Virus record (IMG/VR): IMGVR_UViG_3300031111_000010
Coordinates: 1 to 64,000 of that record
From: a virus
Direction: 5' to 3' (one strand)
Length of the DNA stretch: 64,000 bases
Part shown: positions 9,641-20,976 of the stretch, one piece after another
Position numbering within the stretch: the first letter of the stretch is position 1
Layout of the letters: every line of letters begins with the position of its first letter
Position numbers and translations under genes: made by a program
The notes under the pieces: model-generated
Databases searched by the model: none
What the model saw: only the letters and a program-made list of their open reading frames with translations
Told to the model about the DNA's origin: nothing

Positions 9641-10117
9641 TTAAAATCTCCATGCAATCATTGTACTGATACACCCACCATCAATAGGCACTATCAGAGT
9701 TTTAAAACTTAATCGATCATATCCAATCTCTACTACAGGAGAGATACCAATAGAAAATCCTTCTACATTAGGAAACTTCTCCTTATATCCATACATCAAA
9801 CCAATCGGTAATGTACCCCTAATAAAAAAAGGATTATTAAAAGGTTTCCATTTAGGTGTCATGAATTCATATCCAGCAGAATATGTTTGATCATAGTGAG
9901 AATTCTTAAATGTCAAACCAAACCATTGATTATATGAAACCATAATTGCATTATTATTTTCGTTATATGGTCTTTTATCAGGTTCATCACGTTCACTCCA
10001 ATGATGTGCAGTTGGAGCATAACCAATGACCAAATCAGCAGCATTACATGATTTACATAAAAGAAATCCAATCAATACTCCAACCAACAAAATATATATT
10101 TTATATCCTTGAGTCAT
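9641..10117 (-). CDS. outer-membrane beta-barrel protein, PagP-like
   Basis: signal peptide, C-terminal WRF, HHW..YNENN..FKNSH..AGY motifs resembling PagP. Confidence 0.5.
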   Translation of the reverse strand: MTQGYKIYILLVGVLIGFLLCKSCNAADLVIGYAPTAHHWSERDEPDKRPYNENNNAIMVSYNQWFGLTFKNSHYDQTYSAGYEFMTPKWKPFNNPFFIRGTLPIGLMYGYKEKFPNVEGFSIGISPVVEIGYDRLSFKTLIVPIDGGCISTMIAWRF

Positions 10118-10476
10118 TTTCTTTCTCTTTCGATCTTCAATAGTGGGTTACCATCAATTATATCATCAGCCATATCGACATCCCATAAACCAGTACGTTC
10201 AGCTAAATCATAAGCATCTATTTTCCATTTATCATGCTTATCAAGATAATCAAGACGTTCACTACTCATATCCCATTGACCAGTATCAAAATAGGCACGA
10301 TCTACCTCAGAAACCTCTCTCCTTGGCGTAAAACCACCCTTATGAGCTTTAATACCTTTCATATATCGTTTGAAAGTATGCTTTACACCACCAGTGATAT
10401 CCCAAGGCCAATATGGTAAATGATCCTTAATCCATTTCCAGACATCTTTCGGATATATTTTCTTATCCCAATTCAT
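10114..10476 (-). CDS. hypothetical protein
   Basis: ATGA-coupled ORF in operon. Confidence 0.5.
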   Translation of the reverse strand: MNWDKKIYPKDVWKWIKDHLPYWPWDITGGVKHTFKRYMKGIKAHKGGFTPRREVSEVDRAYFDTGQWDMSSERLDYLDKHDKWKIDAYDLAERTGLWDVDMADDIIDGNPLLKIERERK

Positions 10477-10682
10477 AGTGCAAACTCCATTTCAGTAAAG
10501 AAATCATCACTTCTCACATTGGCAGCTTCTGCTTTTACTTCCCGAATATGCTTGCATTCAGCCCTGCGAAACTTCCAATGTGGACATGAGCAACCCCATG
10601 TTTCACCATCATCAGCCAAACTAACAACATACTCACGGTCAGAACTGTGACTTTTGACATACCACCTTGATACCCATTTCAT
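10473..10682 (-). CDS. SWIM zinc-finger protein with C-terminal tag
   Basis: WGCSCPHW...CKHI; ends FFTEMEFAL. Confidence 0.75.
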   Translation of the reverse strand: MKWVSRWYVKSHSSDREYVVSLADDGETWGCSCPHWKFRRAECKHIREVKAEAANVRSDDFFTEMEFAL

Positions 10683-10887
10683 AATAAATCTCCTTTTTGA
10701 TTTACTTTTAATGCTCTTTTCTTATCAGCTTCATATATAAGAGAAGAAATCCAAACAGGTATAAATAAAAAAACATACCATGAAACAATAGCTTCAATTA
10801 TTTCATGTATCAACCAATTATTAAAAACTGCATATATAATAACAAAAAGATTGATAACAGTAACAAATATAAATGTCTGTTTCATGA

Positions 10888-11271
10888 TCAAATCCTTTTT
10901 TCAAGGTTATTACAACATTCTGGACATCTATCAATCAAATCCAATATCGAAATATTTACATCAACCACTTTATCATAGTGTTGTGGATATGTCAAGGCTA
11001 AATCCGGTACATCCACAAGCGGTGAATTGTGATTATATCCACGTTTCAGCATTTCAGCAGCAAGCACATCATGCCTTGACTGTAAAGCATTCAACTGAAT
11101 CTGTACAACAGGATCAAATCGACCATCGATCTTATGCCCCTTCCGAAATGACGGTATATGTTTGTGAATCTCACCATGCTCACCTAAGAGATGCTTACGA
11201 CATAATATAGCGGGGTCTACCATCCACATACGAATTTTAATCACCACCTTTCTATTGTGTACGTTCTCCAT
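10888..11271 (-). CDS. pyrimidine dimer DNA glycosylase/endonuclease V family protein
   Basis: RMWMVDPAILCRKHLLGEHGEIH...RHDVLAAEMLKRGYNHNSPL. Confidence 0.75.
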   Translation of the reverse strand: MENVHNRKVVIKIRMWMVDPAILCRKHLLGEHGEIHKHIPSFRKGHKIDGRFDPVVQIQLNALQSRHDVLAAEMLKRGYNHNSPLVDVPDLALTYPQHYDKVVDVNISILDLIDRCPECCNNLEKRI

Positions 11272-12578
11272 TTACCGTAAAAGGAAGACAAAATAAATAG
11301 ACAAAAACACTTCCACGATGATCAGGATTATCATATTGAATTTGCTTATAGTCAATAAGTTTTTTCTTAACAACACCATGATATTTTTTTGTATTGATAT
11401 ATGTACCTACTTCTGCAACAAAACTCAATGGCATTTCAAAATTCTCAATAAGATTACTATAATCAGGTTTTAATGTTATACCATCAATAATGTTTACCAG
11501 ACATTTATTCATTAGTAGCACCTGTTCTTTCCAAGGCTTTTCATTTTCAGAAAATCCTTTTTAGGGTAAAAGTAAAACCATACCGGATTCATCAATCCCT
11601 TTTCCTTATCAGCTTTTGCTCTTTCAACATATACTTCATGAAACTTATCAACAGAAACAGTATCACTTTCCATCAATGTTAGTATTTCATCAGGCCGAAG
11701 ATAACCAGACCATTCAGTACCCTGATTGCATCTACATTTCTGAGCAATCTCATATACCTTTTTCTTCAGAGCAACACGTTTTTTATATATATCCAATGCT
11801 TTTCCCATTATACCCCCCATATAGCCATTTTGATAATGTTCATAACTTGAATAAAAATATACAAGATAAGAAAACCAATTGCCCATTTCAAAACCGTACA
11901 AATAATAGCATCACGTTTATTTGTATTATACACTTTCATTTTCTTCTCCTTATCTATTATATTGATCAGCAAACTTCTTAAGATCATCAGCATATTCCAG
12001 CTTGAATTCCCATGCTGTATATGGGTCTTCATTACCAAAAGTGCTATGGGTATCGTTATGCCAATCAGCACCACCCCATATGGACAAAGAATCCAAAAGC
12101 ATTGTAAGAGAAGGATTGTTCACCAGAATACCATTATAGATAAACAATCGGCAAGTATTATTAGGCGTTAAACTAAATTCAACTCTTTTCATTTTCTTCT
12201 CCTTATGATCATTCATACCATTTTCCTTCCCTGCCACAAAGTTCATCAAAACAATCTTCCATCATTTCATTTTGAATTCCATTTCCAATCAATCGAATCA
12301 TACGAACATTGTAACAACCAGCAGCACCACCCAATTTAGGATGATTACATACAAGCACATTATATTCAGCTTTTCCACAATGAATACAGTTAACACATAT
12401 CTTTTTCATTATAGCACCATTGCAAGAATAATAACGATGTTAGCGATAACCAGACCAATCATAATCTGATTCCATGCCTTATGATCAAAACGATATTCAA
12501 TCTCATCCATCTCAATATACTCATGATTAAAAAGGTCTTTGTTTTCCATGCCCATTCTCCTGTTTGACTATATAGAGA

Positions 12579-12594
12579 TGCACATCATATGCCA
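12579..12594 (-). promoter_or_regulatory. sigma54-like -24/-12 element
   Basis: TGGCAT-ATGAT-GTGCA just upstream of a minus-strand gene with AGGAG RBS. Confidence 0.45.
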
Positions 12595-12935
12595 AAATCA
12601 TCATCAAATTGTTTTTTATCGTAAATCATCATTAATCTACAACATACAGCAATAAAAAATACAAAAAATTCAAGAGGTTGAAATAGAATATTAAATAATA
12701 TATCAATAATGGCAATCCAGAACAGACTAAATGAAAATCCCATTATAACTATGAAAAGTAGGTAAAAAAATAACATTTTTTGGCAACCTTTGACAATTTT
12801 TGTAACACACATGCTTACGTCATATTCAAATAAAGCACCTATATCAAAATATAAAAAAAATGTCAACAAAAAACTTGACAATCAAGAATCGTGCCATATA
12901 TTACATTCAAATCAAGAAAAAAGGAGGAAATCATT

Positions 12936-13295
12936 ATGTTTTCAGAAAGTATTTTAGACAAATTATTTAATCCAACATTTAACACAGCGTTTGAAAGTGC
13001 ATATCAAAGAAACGATGATGGTAATATTGAAATGGAAATTGAAGTACCCGGATTTAATAAGGACACTCTAAATGTGGAAATATCCGAAGGTATTCTAACC
13101 GTTGAAGGTAAAACCCAAAAAAGACAAATCTATAAGCAATTCCAACTTGGTAATGTAGAAGATGTTCAAGCAATTGTTCAAGATGGTATTCTAACTCTAA
13201 CCCTGATGGAAACACAAAAACAGGTAAAAAGAATTGAATTGAATAAACCACAAATCGAAGATAAGAGAGATAATATAATCGACGCTGTTTCCTAA
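12936..13295 (+). CDS. small heat-shock protein Hsp20
   Basis: IEVPGFNKDTLNVEISEGILTVEG...AIVQDGILTLTL; AGGAGG RBS; TTGACA..TATATT promoter upstream. Confidence 0.9.
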   Translation: MFSESILDKLFNPTFNTAFESAYQRNDDGNIEMEIEVPGFNKDTLNVEISEGILTVEGKTQKRQIYKQFQLGNVEDVQAIVQDGILTLTLMETQKQVKRIELNKPQIEDKRDNIIDAVS

Positions 13296-13320
13296 TTCTA
13301 TTTTACAATCTTAATTATGA

Positions 13321-13352
13321 AATGCTCCTGAGAAATCGGGGGCATTTTTTTT
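13321..13352 (+). terminator. intrinsic terminator
   Basis: AATGCTCCTGA...TCGGGGGCATT hairpin plus T-run. Confidence 0.6.
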
Positions 13353-13370
13353 ACAAATTCACAATAAAAA

Positions 13371-13378
13371 TATAAATA
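13371..13378 (+). promoter_or_regulatory. T4-type late promoter TATAAATA
   Basis: exact consensus upstream of 13407. Confidence 0.7.
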
Positions 13379-13406
13379 TATATGAACAGATAAAATAGGA
13401 GATATT

Positions 13407-14120
13407 ATGCGATTTACAAAATACCTAAAAGAAGAAATTAAAATCAAAGGTGGACAATCAGCCGGGAAACTTGAATTAGACAAAACACCAGTAGAAAAGG
13501 CTAGAGCATTTGCAGAGAAAAAAGGTTTTGATTTAGATAAAGAAATACCAAACTTTGATGAGAACTATAAAAAAGCACAGCAACTAGCAAAATTGGGTAA
13601 GACCAAAAGAAAAGACATGCCTGTAATCAATGATGATGATGTTAAGAAATTCCAAAAGAGATTAGAAAACGGAACACTTGATATCAATAAGCCATTTGCT
13701 AAAGACCCTGATGTTGGTAGTAATCCATTTCCAGAAGGACTAAAAGGATTAGCAGCAAAGAAATGGTTAGAAAAAGGTTTGAAAGATGGATCAAAAACTG
13801 ATGATATAATAGACGTTGATATTACCAAAGTAGCAGTAAAAGATTTAAAGCCTATCCAAAGACAGATATATTATGATAAATCCATGGGAGCAACTATAGA
13901 AAATGGAGTAAAAACATCATTAAACTTTGTAACTAACAAATCATTTTTCATTATTAGTGGTGATAACTATATAATCGACGGTCACCACAGATATCTAACA
14001 GCACTAATACTTGATCCAAAAGCAAAAGTAAATGCACTTAAAATCAATCTACCAATTAAAAAACTATTACCAATGGCAACAGCCTATGGAGATGCTATCG
14101 GTAACAAGAGAAATGCATAA
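13407..14120 (+). CDS. ParB/Srx-like domain protein, putative internal protein
   Basis: LKPIQRQI...IISGDNYIIDGHHRY; MRFTKYLKE tag; own late promoter. Confidence 0.7.
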   Translation: MRFTKYLKEEIKIKGGQSAGKLELDKTPVEKARAFAEKKGFDLDKEIPNFDENYKKAQQLAKLGKTKRKDMPVINDDDVKKFQKRLENGTLDINKPFAKDPDVGSNPFPEGLKGLAAKKWLEKGLKDGSKTDDIIDVDITKVAVKDLKPIQRQIYYDKSMGATIENGVKTSLNFVTNKSFFIISGDNYIIDGHHRYLTALILDPKAKVNALKINLPIKKLLPMATAYGDAIGNKRNA

Positions 14121-14329
14121 TGAAATGAGATATACAAGAGAACAACTCAAAGTAATCTTACAATACATCAAAGAAGAAGATGTTGGTGAAATTGAAACTA
14201 TGGCATATGGAACATACACTACATTAGAAACTGATTCAATCAATCGGCTTATGTTAAAATACAAAATAATATGGTTGCATGATGAACCATATGAAGTTCA
14301 ATTGATTCCAAAAGACATATTAATATAGT

Positions 14330-14662
14330 TTACAGGAAATATAAATAAGCCATAATTAAAATTGTATAATGTATTGCCTGATCAAAACCAATCACAACGA
14401 AAAACCAATGATATTCCTTTTTTTCGTATAAAACATGTGTAGCTTTTGATGTAAAGAAGTCAACAATAAAATGAGCAACACCAGCATATACAGCATACCA
14501 AATTCCAAAATATAAAAATGGTAATGAATAAACAAAACAATGAGCACCTAATGCCTTTGCTGATTTCCATTTATTATGTGCCATCCATGTTGATTGAAGT
14601 ATAAAATCAGCTAAAAAATGTATCCAAATAATCATTAAAAGGTCATAAACAGGTAATTCCAT
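14330..14662 (-). CDS. DUF3307 family membrane protein
   Basis: HFLADFILQ...H...HFIVD...GFDQAIH. Confidence 0.85.
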   Translation of the reverse strand: MELPVYDLLMIIWIHFLADFILQSTWMAHNKWKSAKALGAHCFVYSLPFLYFGIWYAVYAGVAHFIVDFFTSKATHVLYEKKEYHWFFVVIGFDQAIHYTILIMAYLYFL

Positions 14663-15158
14663 CTTTCCCCCTATTTTATACTAATATAATATAGAATATT
14701 TCTCATTTATCGTGAGCATATGCTAACGTATTATCTATCTTGAATCACGCCAAAATATCCTCATAAATACCACACACTTACATGATCAAATATCCAGCAA
14801 GCAATACAAACCAAGCAGCATACCATGTGTTCCTGCCATCCTGATCAATGATAATAGCCATTGCCATTGTAAAGCCAAGATACGTTCCAAAAAATAAACT
14901 CTTAAACATCTTATTCCCCTTTCTTTTTTATTACAAATATACGTTCAAACCATGACCAATCCAAACTACCAAAAAATCTACTCACTAAAACACATATCTT
15001 AATCAGCCACCAAAAAGGACCATGAACCAATATCGTATACCAATGAACACCATCTAAATCAGGATCAACCCCTCTATCGTTTTCATCTCTCCATTCTATA
15101 TATCGATACAAACCAATAATAGCCCATATCCCTAATACGATTGATTTAAAAAGTAAAC

Positions 15159-15491
15159 TCATATCTCAAAATCCTTTAAATCAAACATAGCAAAAGGACA
15201 ATACACAACACCATTTTCATTTATTATATATTGTTTACCTGTATCCATATCCTCTATACCATATAACATAATACGGCTACCACCATCATAATCTTTATTC
15301 TCATCACCATGCCTTGCCTTTGCTACAATTCGATATGTCTTATTTTCTTTAGGTAAATATTTCTCATGATTATATCCACGACCATTACAATCATTAACCC
15401 ATTTAGTCAATCTCATATATTCAGCCATATTCCTATAGCTAGTATATGTACATCCATTTTTAATCACTATGAGAAAATCACCAATTTCCAT
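15159..15491 (-). CDS. hypothetical protein with variant C-terminal tag
   Basis: ends MFDLKDFEI. Confidence 0.5.
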   Translation of the reverse strand: MEIGDFLIVIKNGCTYTSYRNMAEYMRLTKWVNDCNGRGYNHEKYLPKENKTYRIVAKARHGDENKDYDGGSRIMLYGIEDMDTGKQYIINENGVVYCPFAMFDLKDFEI

Positions 15492-15846
15492 ATTCCTAAT
15501 CTTCCTTCAAATGATTTCCGATATCCTTTACTAATTTCTCTATACTTTCATTGGATATCTTCACCGCTTTCTGAACAAATGCATCGATATCATCACCATC
15601 ATATTTCATATATAAATCAGCCAGCAATGATCCAATAAATATATCACGATTGCCAATACCCTTTGTATTTTCTAAAACTCTACTAATCACATCCATTTTC
15701 TTCTTCTCTTTCTATACAATATTGACATTTATCTTCTTCTCCAACCTGTAACAGTTTTCCACAATCACGACAAGTGCAATACTCACAACCCTCACCATCA
15801 CAATCACAATCATCAATTTTTAATGCTTCATCATTTCCTGCCATTT

Positions 15847-16128
15847 TCATACCTCCATTTCTTTCTCATTTAAAAATTCATCTTTTTCTATTGATAAAAA
15901 GAACATATTAAAAAAAGGCCAATCCATCTGATGATCTTTAGTAGCTATATCACTAACTGAAATAGGATACTTCTGATATCCTTCTTTAACCCTATATCGA
16001 TATATCTCACCTTCTCTACAAAATATATCACCATCATTCAAATATCCATCCTCTATGCATTTACAATATTTCATAACACTATCATCCCAAATATCCCAAA
16101 GAACACACATTTTCCAATAATAACCCAA
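15847..16128 (-). CDS. hypothetical protein with C-terminal tag
   Basis: ends FLNEKEMEV; true start probably MKYCK overlapping the upstream stop. Confidence 0.55.
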   Translation of the reverse strand: MGYYWKMCVLWDIWDDSVMKYCKCIEDGYLNDGDIFCREGEIYRYRVKEGYQKYPISVSDIATKDHQMDWPFFNMFFLSIEKDEFLNEKEMEV

Positions 16129-16603
16129 TCCTGCATCTTAGCATTCTTAATAGCTTTATCAATATATTCAGGATAAATATACTTTTCTACTTTCTTTTTA
16201 TAATCATTTCTATACAAACGAATAAAAGGTTGAATACTTCCAATAGCATAAAGAACCAATGTAGTAATAATATACCATTTCATAATTTAATCCCTTTCCT
16301 TTATAGTTCTGGCAAATCTATCATTCATCTTCAAATATCCTGTTTATCTTCTCCAATAACTTTCTACTATTATCTATTCCAAAGATAGAAGTAAAAGCAT
16401 ATGTAAAAAGACATAAAATCAAAAAAGGAATATATCTCAAATAATACATCAATAATATTTCCTTATGTTATGATATGCAATCAAAGCCTTTTCTCTATCC
16501 CTATCTCTACCTTCATGTTCCTGCATAGCCATAATACAAGAAACAATCAAATCTTCTCTCTTAATAGGATCATTCAATATCTCTTTTATATCTATTCTCT
16601 TAT

Positions 16604-17029
16604 TCATTTATTTCCTTTAAATATGTATTCTGAACCATCATATATCAGCTTATGTTCTCCTATATAATCCTTTTCATCTATTCTATGTAAACTCAATGTT
16701 CTGCTTCTATTCTTTAATCTTCTAATCACTCTCTCAAAAGGATAATATATATGATCTATAAAAGAACCTCTATTACATAACTTTCTTTCAGCTTCTACCC
16801 TTTCGTTAAATATAGGGTCTTTTATATCATCTTTCCAATAAGTATCAACCAATATATCTAAATCACCAATCATAGGCTTGTCTGTAGTAAGGTAAGAACC
16901 AAATACATATAATGCTTTGACTCCATAAGTATAGCTATCATCGTTATTGATTTCTTTAGCTCTTTCAATAATCTCTTTTATTACTCTATCAGCAGTAGTA
17001 CGTTTAATTAAGCTCTTATTATGTCCCAT
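16604..17029 (-). CDS. minimal nucleotidyltransferase domain protein
   Basis: LYVFGSYL...GDLDILV (GS, DxD). Confidence 0.75.
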   Translation of the reverse strand: MGHNKSLIKRTTADRVIKEIIERAKEINNDDSYTYGVKALYVFGSYLTTDKPMIGDLDILVDTYWKDDIKDPIFNERVEAERKLCNRGSFIDHIYYPFERVIRRLKNRSRTLSLHRIDEKDYIGEHKLIYDGSEYIFKGNK

Positions 17030-17068
17030 TATCCTATCCTATCCAATCTTAAATCCTTTCATATCTCC

Positions 17069-17548
17069 TTATATATCTATCTTAGGTAATATAGGAAGTA
17101 CAGTAAGTTTAACAGTTCTTTTCCTAACAGCCAATTGTCTTTCCAATCTATTAATGCTTCTTTCGCTAATATATATTTTGTTTTTATATTCTATGATACT
17201 ATTAACAGCTTTCATAAAACATTCATCACTTTTAATCTCAGGATAATCAACAGCAAGAAAATCAACTGTATTCTTTGTAATCTTATCAAATATCTTTAAC
17301 TCATGTTCTGGAAACTTGTCTATCAAAAACAACTTGATTTCAACAAGCAAATCATCTGCCTGTTTCCTATAGCTTTCAATATCCTTCTTTTTCTCTTTAA
17401 TCTTTTCTATCTCAACAGTATGATTATAATAGGTACACAACTGAGCAATAATACCTATAATAAATATAACAACACCAATTGTAATAAGTTCAATAGGTCC
17501 AATGAACCATGTTACGCAAGCCCAAAGCAAAGCAATAAGATAAATCAT
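17069..17548 (-). CDS. membrane-anchored coiled-coil protein
   Basis: two N-terminal hydrophobic segments; TTGACA-N17-TATGGT promoter and AGGAG RBS upstream. Confidence 0.55.
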   Translation of the reverse strand: MIYLIALLWACVTWFIGPIELITIGVVIFIIGIIAQLCTYYNHTVEIEKIKEKKKDIESYRKQADDLLVEIKLFLIDKFPEHELKIFDKITKNTVDFLAVDYPEIKSDECFMKAVNSIIEYKNKIYISERSINRLERQLAVRKRTVKLTVLPILPKIDI

Positions 17549-17624
17549 TAAAATCTCCTTTCATATGAAGCGACCATACATCTTTTGATATGATCTGTCA
17601 ATAGAAAAATATAAAAGCTAAGTA

Positions 17625-18053
17625 TTAAACCTCAACCAATATACCCTGTTTATGAATCAACTTCTTATCTCTAATAACAGTCATAGGTAATAGCATAGCC
17701 GTACCCTTTTGTTTTCTATCCTGTTTCAATACAAAAACAAATTTAATCATATTCGTTTTATACCATAGTGTAAATTCTAATTCATTATAATTCAATTCCT
17801 TCTTATATAATCCTCTTGGCTTACAGGTATGATTCTTAATACATTCAATATCATCTTTCAAAGTATCTGTATTATTAATAAACTCAGTAAGCATATGATC
17901 TAGTTCTTCAATCTTAATACATGGTTTATTTCTTGAGTGATTTAATCTTTCTAATCCAAAATGTATGGATTCTTCTATATGAGTGATACCATAATTACCA
18001 AGAACCATCTTCCATTTATTTAAAAACTCAGTTCTTTCAGATGCAGTAATCAT
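17625..18053 (-). CDS. hypothetical protein, paralog of 55931-56446
   Basis: shared NKPxIxxxELD and KGTAxxxPxT motifs. Confidence 0.55.
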   Translation of the reverse strand: MITASERTEFLNKWKMVLGNYGITHIEESIHFGLERLNHSRNKPCIKIEELDHMLTEFINNTDTLKDDIECIKNHTCKPRGLYKKELNYNELEFTLWYKTNMIKFVFVLKQDRKQKGTAMLLPMTVIRDKKLIHKQGILVEV

Positions 18054-18813
18054 AAAATCTCCCTTTTCAATCGTTTCTCTTGCTCATCTAATTTATCTCT
18101 CAACTCAAAAGGATTCTCATGAACATAGGACCATGCATTAATCCCAAACATATCCTGCATTAGACGCTGTTGAGTAATATTCACAATAGCACCATTAGTC
18201 AGTTCATCTCTAAGCATGATCAATTTCCTTTTCTTTTTCTAACTGTTCACAATATTCTTCCCATTTCTTTTCATTAGGATCATTTTCATTAGGATCATAA
18301 TCATAATCAACATAATCAGGATCATCATAGTGTTCATCAAACCCATTGCCGTATGCTTCCCTTGCTGCTCTTTCAAGTTCATTCATTTAAATTCTCCCTA
18401 TAATGTCTTAATGATTCCGATCAAGCAATAAGCACAAACACAATAGCAAGTAAGTTTAGCAAAAAGCAAAAACCACACTTCCCCATGACTCAATTTCTTA
18501 ATTGCTTCTTTCTTATTCAAAAGACCTCCTTGGTTAATGTTAATCATATGCGTATCTTATATCTTTATATATTGGTCTGTCAAGAGAAATCTTTAGTGTA
18601 TATAAAAAATATATAAAATGGTCAAATAATATATATTTTTAGCAAGAAATTATGCATATTTCATACCAAAAACACCTGAAAACCCGCATGAATAGGGCTT
18701 ATATATAAAATATGTAATAAAAACAGCTATATAGGGGTGATATATGGGGGGGAATATATGCCGTACCCACCAAGACACGAAAAAAATTGAAAAAGTGCTG
18801 TGAGAATGATATC

Positions 18814-19235
18814 TGGCATAGGTCTTGCATCGAATCGCATTCAGAATATATATTTTTTATATACTCTTGATGCTCATGTGAATATATAATTTTTATATAT
18901 CTCATTTTTTTTTATTTTTTTTTTGGTAAGCAAGAGTGATGCCAACTTTCCATTTTGCGTTGCGATGCACAATCATGAATTTCCGAAAAAAATCTTTTTA
19001 TTTTTCCTTTATATATCAGGGTCTTATATATAACGTCTGATAAGATATAATATGTAAAATCGTGAGCTAAGTGCTTGATATATAAACGAATATAGGTTTT
19101 TTGAGGTTTTTTAATGGTAGGCATAATCTACCATAAATAGTGTGTAAGCAACTATCGTGCCAACCCTGTATATCGGATATTGGCACATGTATTGCATATA
19201 TCGCTGAAATTGGCGAAATTGGCATATTCCTTGCA
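18814..19235. promoter_or_regulatory. cluster of five sigma54 -24/-12 motifs and two IHF-consensus sites in a non-coding region
   Basis: TGGCA[CT]-N5-TTGC[AT] at 18814(+), 18929(-), 19147(-), 19181(+), 19220(+); WATCAR-N4-TTR at 19014 and 19068. Confidence 0.65.
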
Positions 19236-19719
19236 TATAGCCGCATCCATAGGGGTCCACATGGTCCACCAGCGAAATCCATAGAACCCATAAGAGCCAT
19301 AAGCAGAAAGGCACATGCAGATTTTACTGAGTTAATTTTACTTGCAGGGGTGTCTGAGCTTGTGATAGACCGCACTATTCGCACACTTTCACTAACTCAT
19401 TGTCAGATTTTTTTCCAGATTCGCTATATATGAAAATTTTTTGGGAAAATTTTTGAAGAAAGTGCCTCAGAATGATGTCCAGAGTGACTTTTCTGGTAAC
19501 TATCTGACTTTTTTAGACATATTTTCAAAGAATCGACCTGAAAACGGATTTTTGACCGTTTTATGACGGTTTAAAAAAATTTTGGGGAAAAAATCGCAAA
19601 AAGTGCCTCAGAATCACTATAATTATAAATATCTGATATCTAAGGAAATATCAAAATATATACAGAAATATATAAAAAAGTATATAAATTGATATCTTGT
19701 TGATTTCATTAATAAAAGT

Positions 19720-20037
19720 CTATGTTGGTGGGGGGTCAAGTATAGAAAATTCCTCAAAGGTAATAAAGTCTTTTTCTGCAAACCATTTTTCATGCCAACC
19801 AAAAGGATAGCCTTTCATTTTATGAGTATAGTTATGGAAATCATATTCTTTAAAGAAATGTGTTTCTCCCATCATCTCAATCATAGTGTTAGTTAATACC
19901 CAATCCAATTTTATTCTATTCAAGGTGATACTCATTCTTATTACACTACCGTCTTTATTCCATTTATCAGCTATAGGTTTAAAACGATTTTGGAATTGAT
20001 CTACTGTTATTAAGGTATATTTTATATATTCATTCAT
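19720..20037 (-). CDS. hypothetical protein with near-terminal tag
   Basis: FITFEEFSI six residues before stop. Confidence 0.5.
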   Translation of the reverse strand: MNEYIKYTLITVDQFQNRFKPIADKWNKDGSVIRMSITLNRIKLDWVLTNTMIEMMGETHFFKEYDFHNYTHKMKGYPFGWHEKWFAEKDFITFEEFSILDPPPT

Positions 20038-20321
20038 AGCGTAAATTCATCCTTATCAATAAAGTTATCTACAGGTTCTTCTTTAATCCAATCGTCATGA
20101 TAAACCCAATGATCATCAGTAAGTTCTTGTACCCATCTATAGCCATTATTGTAATCATGTCTATGCCTACCACCTTCTATTAATGGTTGTACTTCTATGA
20201 TGGTTCCAAAGTATCGTATCATGTCTTTATTAATAAAGAAGTTGCCTTTATAATGATAACCATCAGATTCACTTCCATCTAAATAATCCAGTTCTGATAT
20301 ATTTTTTAATAATATTTTCAT
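20034..20321 (-). CDS. hypothetical protein with C-terminal tag
   Basis: ends FIDKDEFTL. Confidence 0.55.
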   Translation of the reverse strand: MKILLKNISELDYLDGSESDGYHYKGNFFINKDMIRYFGTIIEVQPLIEGGRHRHDYNNGYRWVQELTDDHWVYHDDWIKEEPVDNFIDKDEFTL

Positions 20322-20698
20322 ACGCTAAACTCACATTGTTTGATGAATCCTATATCTCTATTATGGTACATCGACTTCCATATATTTCTAAAGTAATTTC
20401 TATCCACATCTTTAGTCCATATGCTGTTATGTTGTTTTAAATATCTACCATGGATATCTGTAGCATAATTGGATATAAAGAAGATAGCATTAGTATCACC
20501 TGTACGTTGCCAGTATTCCCTTATTACATCACGGTACATAAAATCATCCTTGGCATCTATATTAGTCATGAAGGATAGACCCTTGTTTTTTATAAAGTCA
20601 GTATCAGGACCGGCTGAATGATTTTTATATGGTGGTACATTTAATCTATCATAGTGACCATGGATAAAATCTGAGGATTTTTCATTCCAATAACTCAT
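20318..20698 (-). CDS. hypothetical protein with C-terminal tag
   Basis: ends FIKQCEFSV. Confidence 0.55.
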   Translation of the reverse strand: MSYWNEKSSDFIHGHYDRLNVPPYKNHSAGPDTDFIKNKGLSFMTNIDAKDDFMYRDVIREYWQRTGDTNAIFFISNYATDIHGRYLKQHNSIWTKDVDRNYFRNIWKSMYHNRDIGFIKQCEFSV

Positions 20699-20976
20699 AA
20701 TACAAACTCACTTTCTTCTATGAACTCTTGATCTTTTGCATATATTATTCCTGTCCTATGTTCATATCCATAACAAGTAGATTTATCATTATCGATACTT
20801 ATTAAACCGGGACATGAATAACAGTCATTACATTTACCGGGACAGAAACGATCTATTTTGGTTATTATTCCTTTTTTTCTTTTTTCATTTTCAGTTTCAG
20901 GATAACCTACATAAACCTTTATTTCCATACCTATCTTTAGATGTTCATATGCATCATGTTTGTAGTAGATACTCAT
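20695..20976 (-). CDS. Cys-rich hypothetical protein with C-terminal tag
   Basis: ends FIEESEFVL. Confidence 0.55.
   Translation of the reverse strand: MSIYYKHDAYEHLKIGMEIKVYVGYPETENEKRKKGIITKIDRFCPGKCNDCYSCPGLISIDNDKSTCYGYEHRTGIIYAKDQEFIEESEFVL

Noticed and set aside
18699-19433. Overlapping ORFs in the non-coding island
   Set aside because: No RBS, atypical composition, mutually overlapping on both strands.
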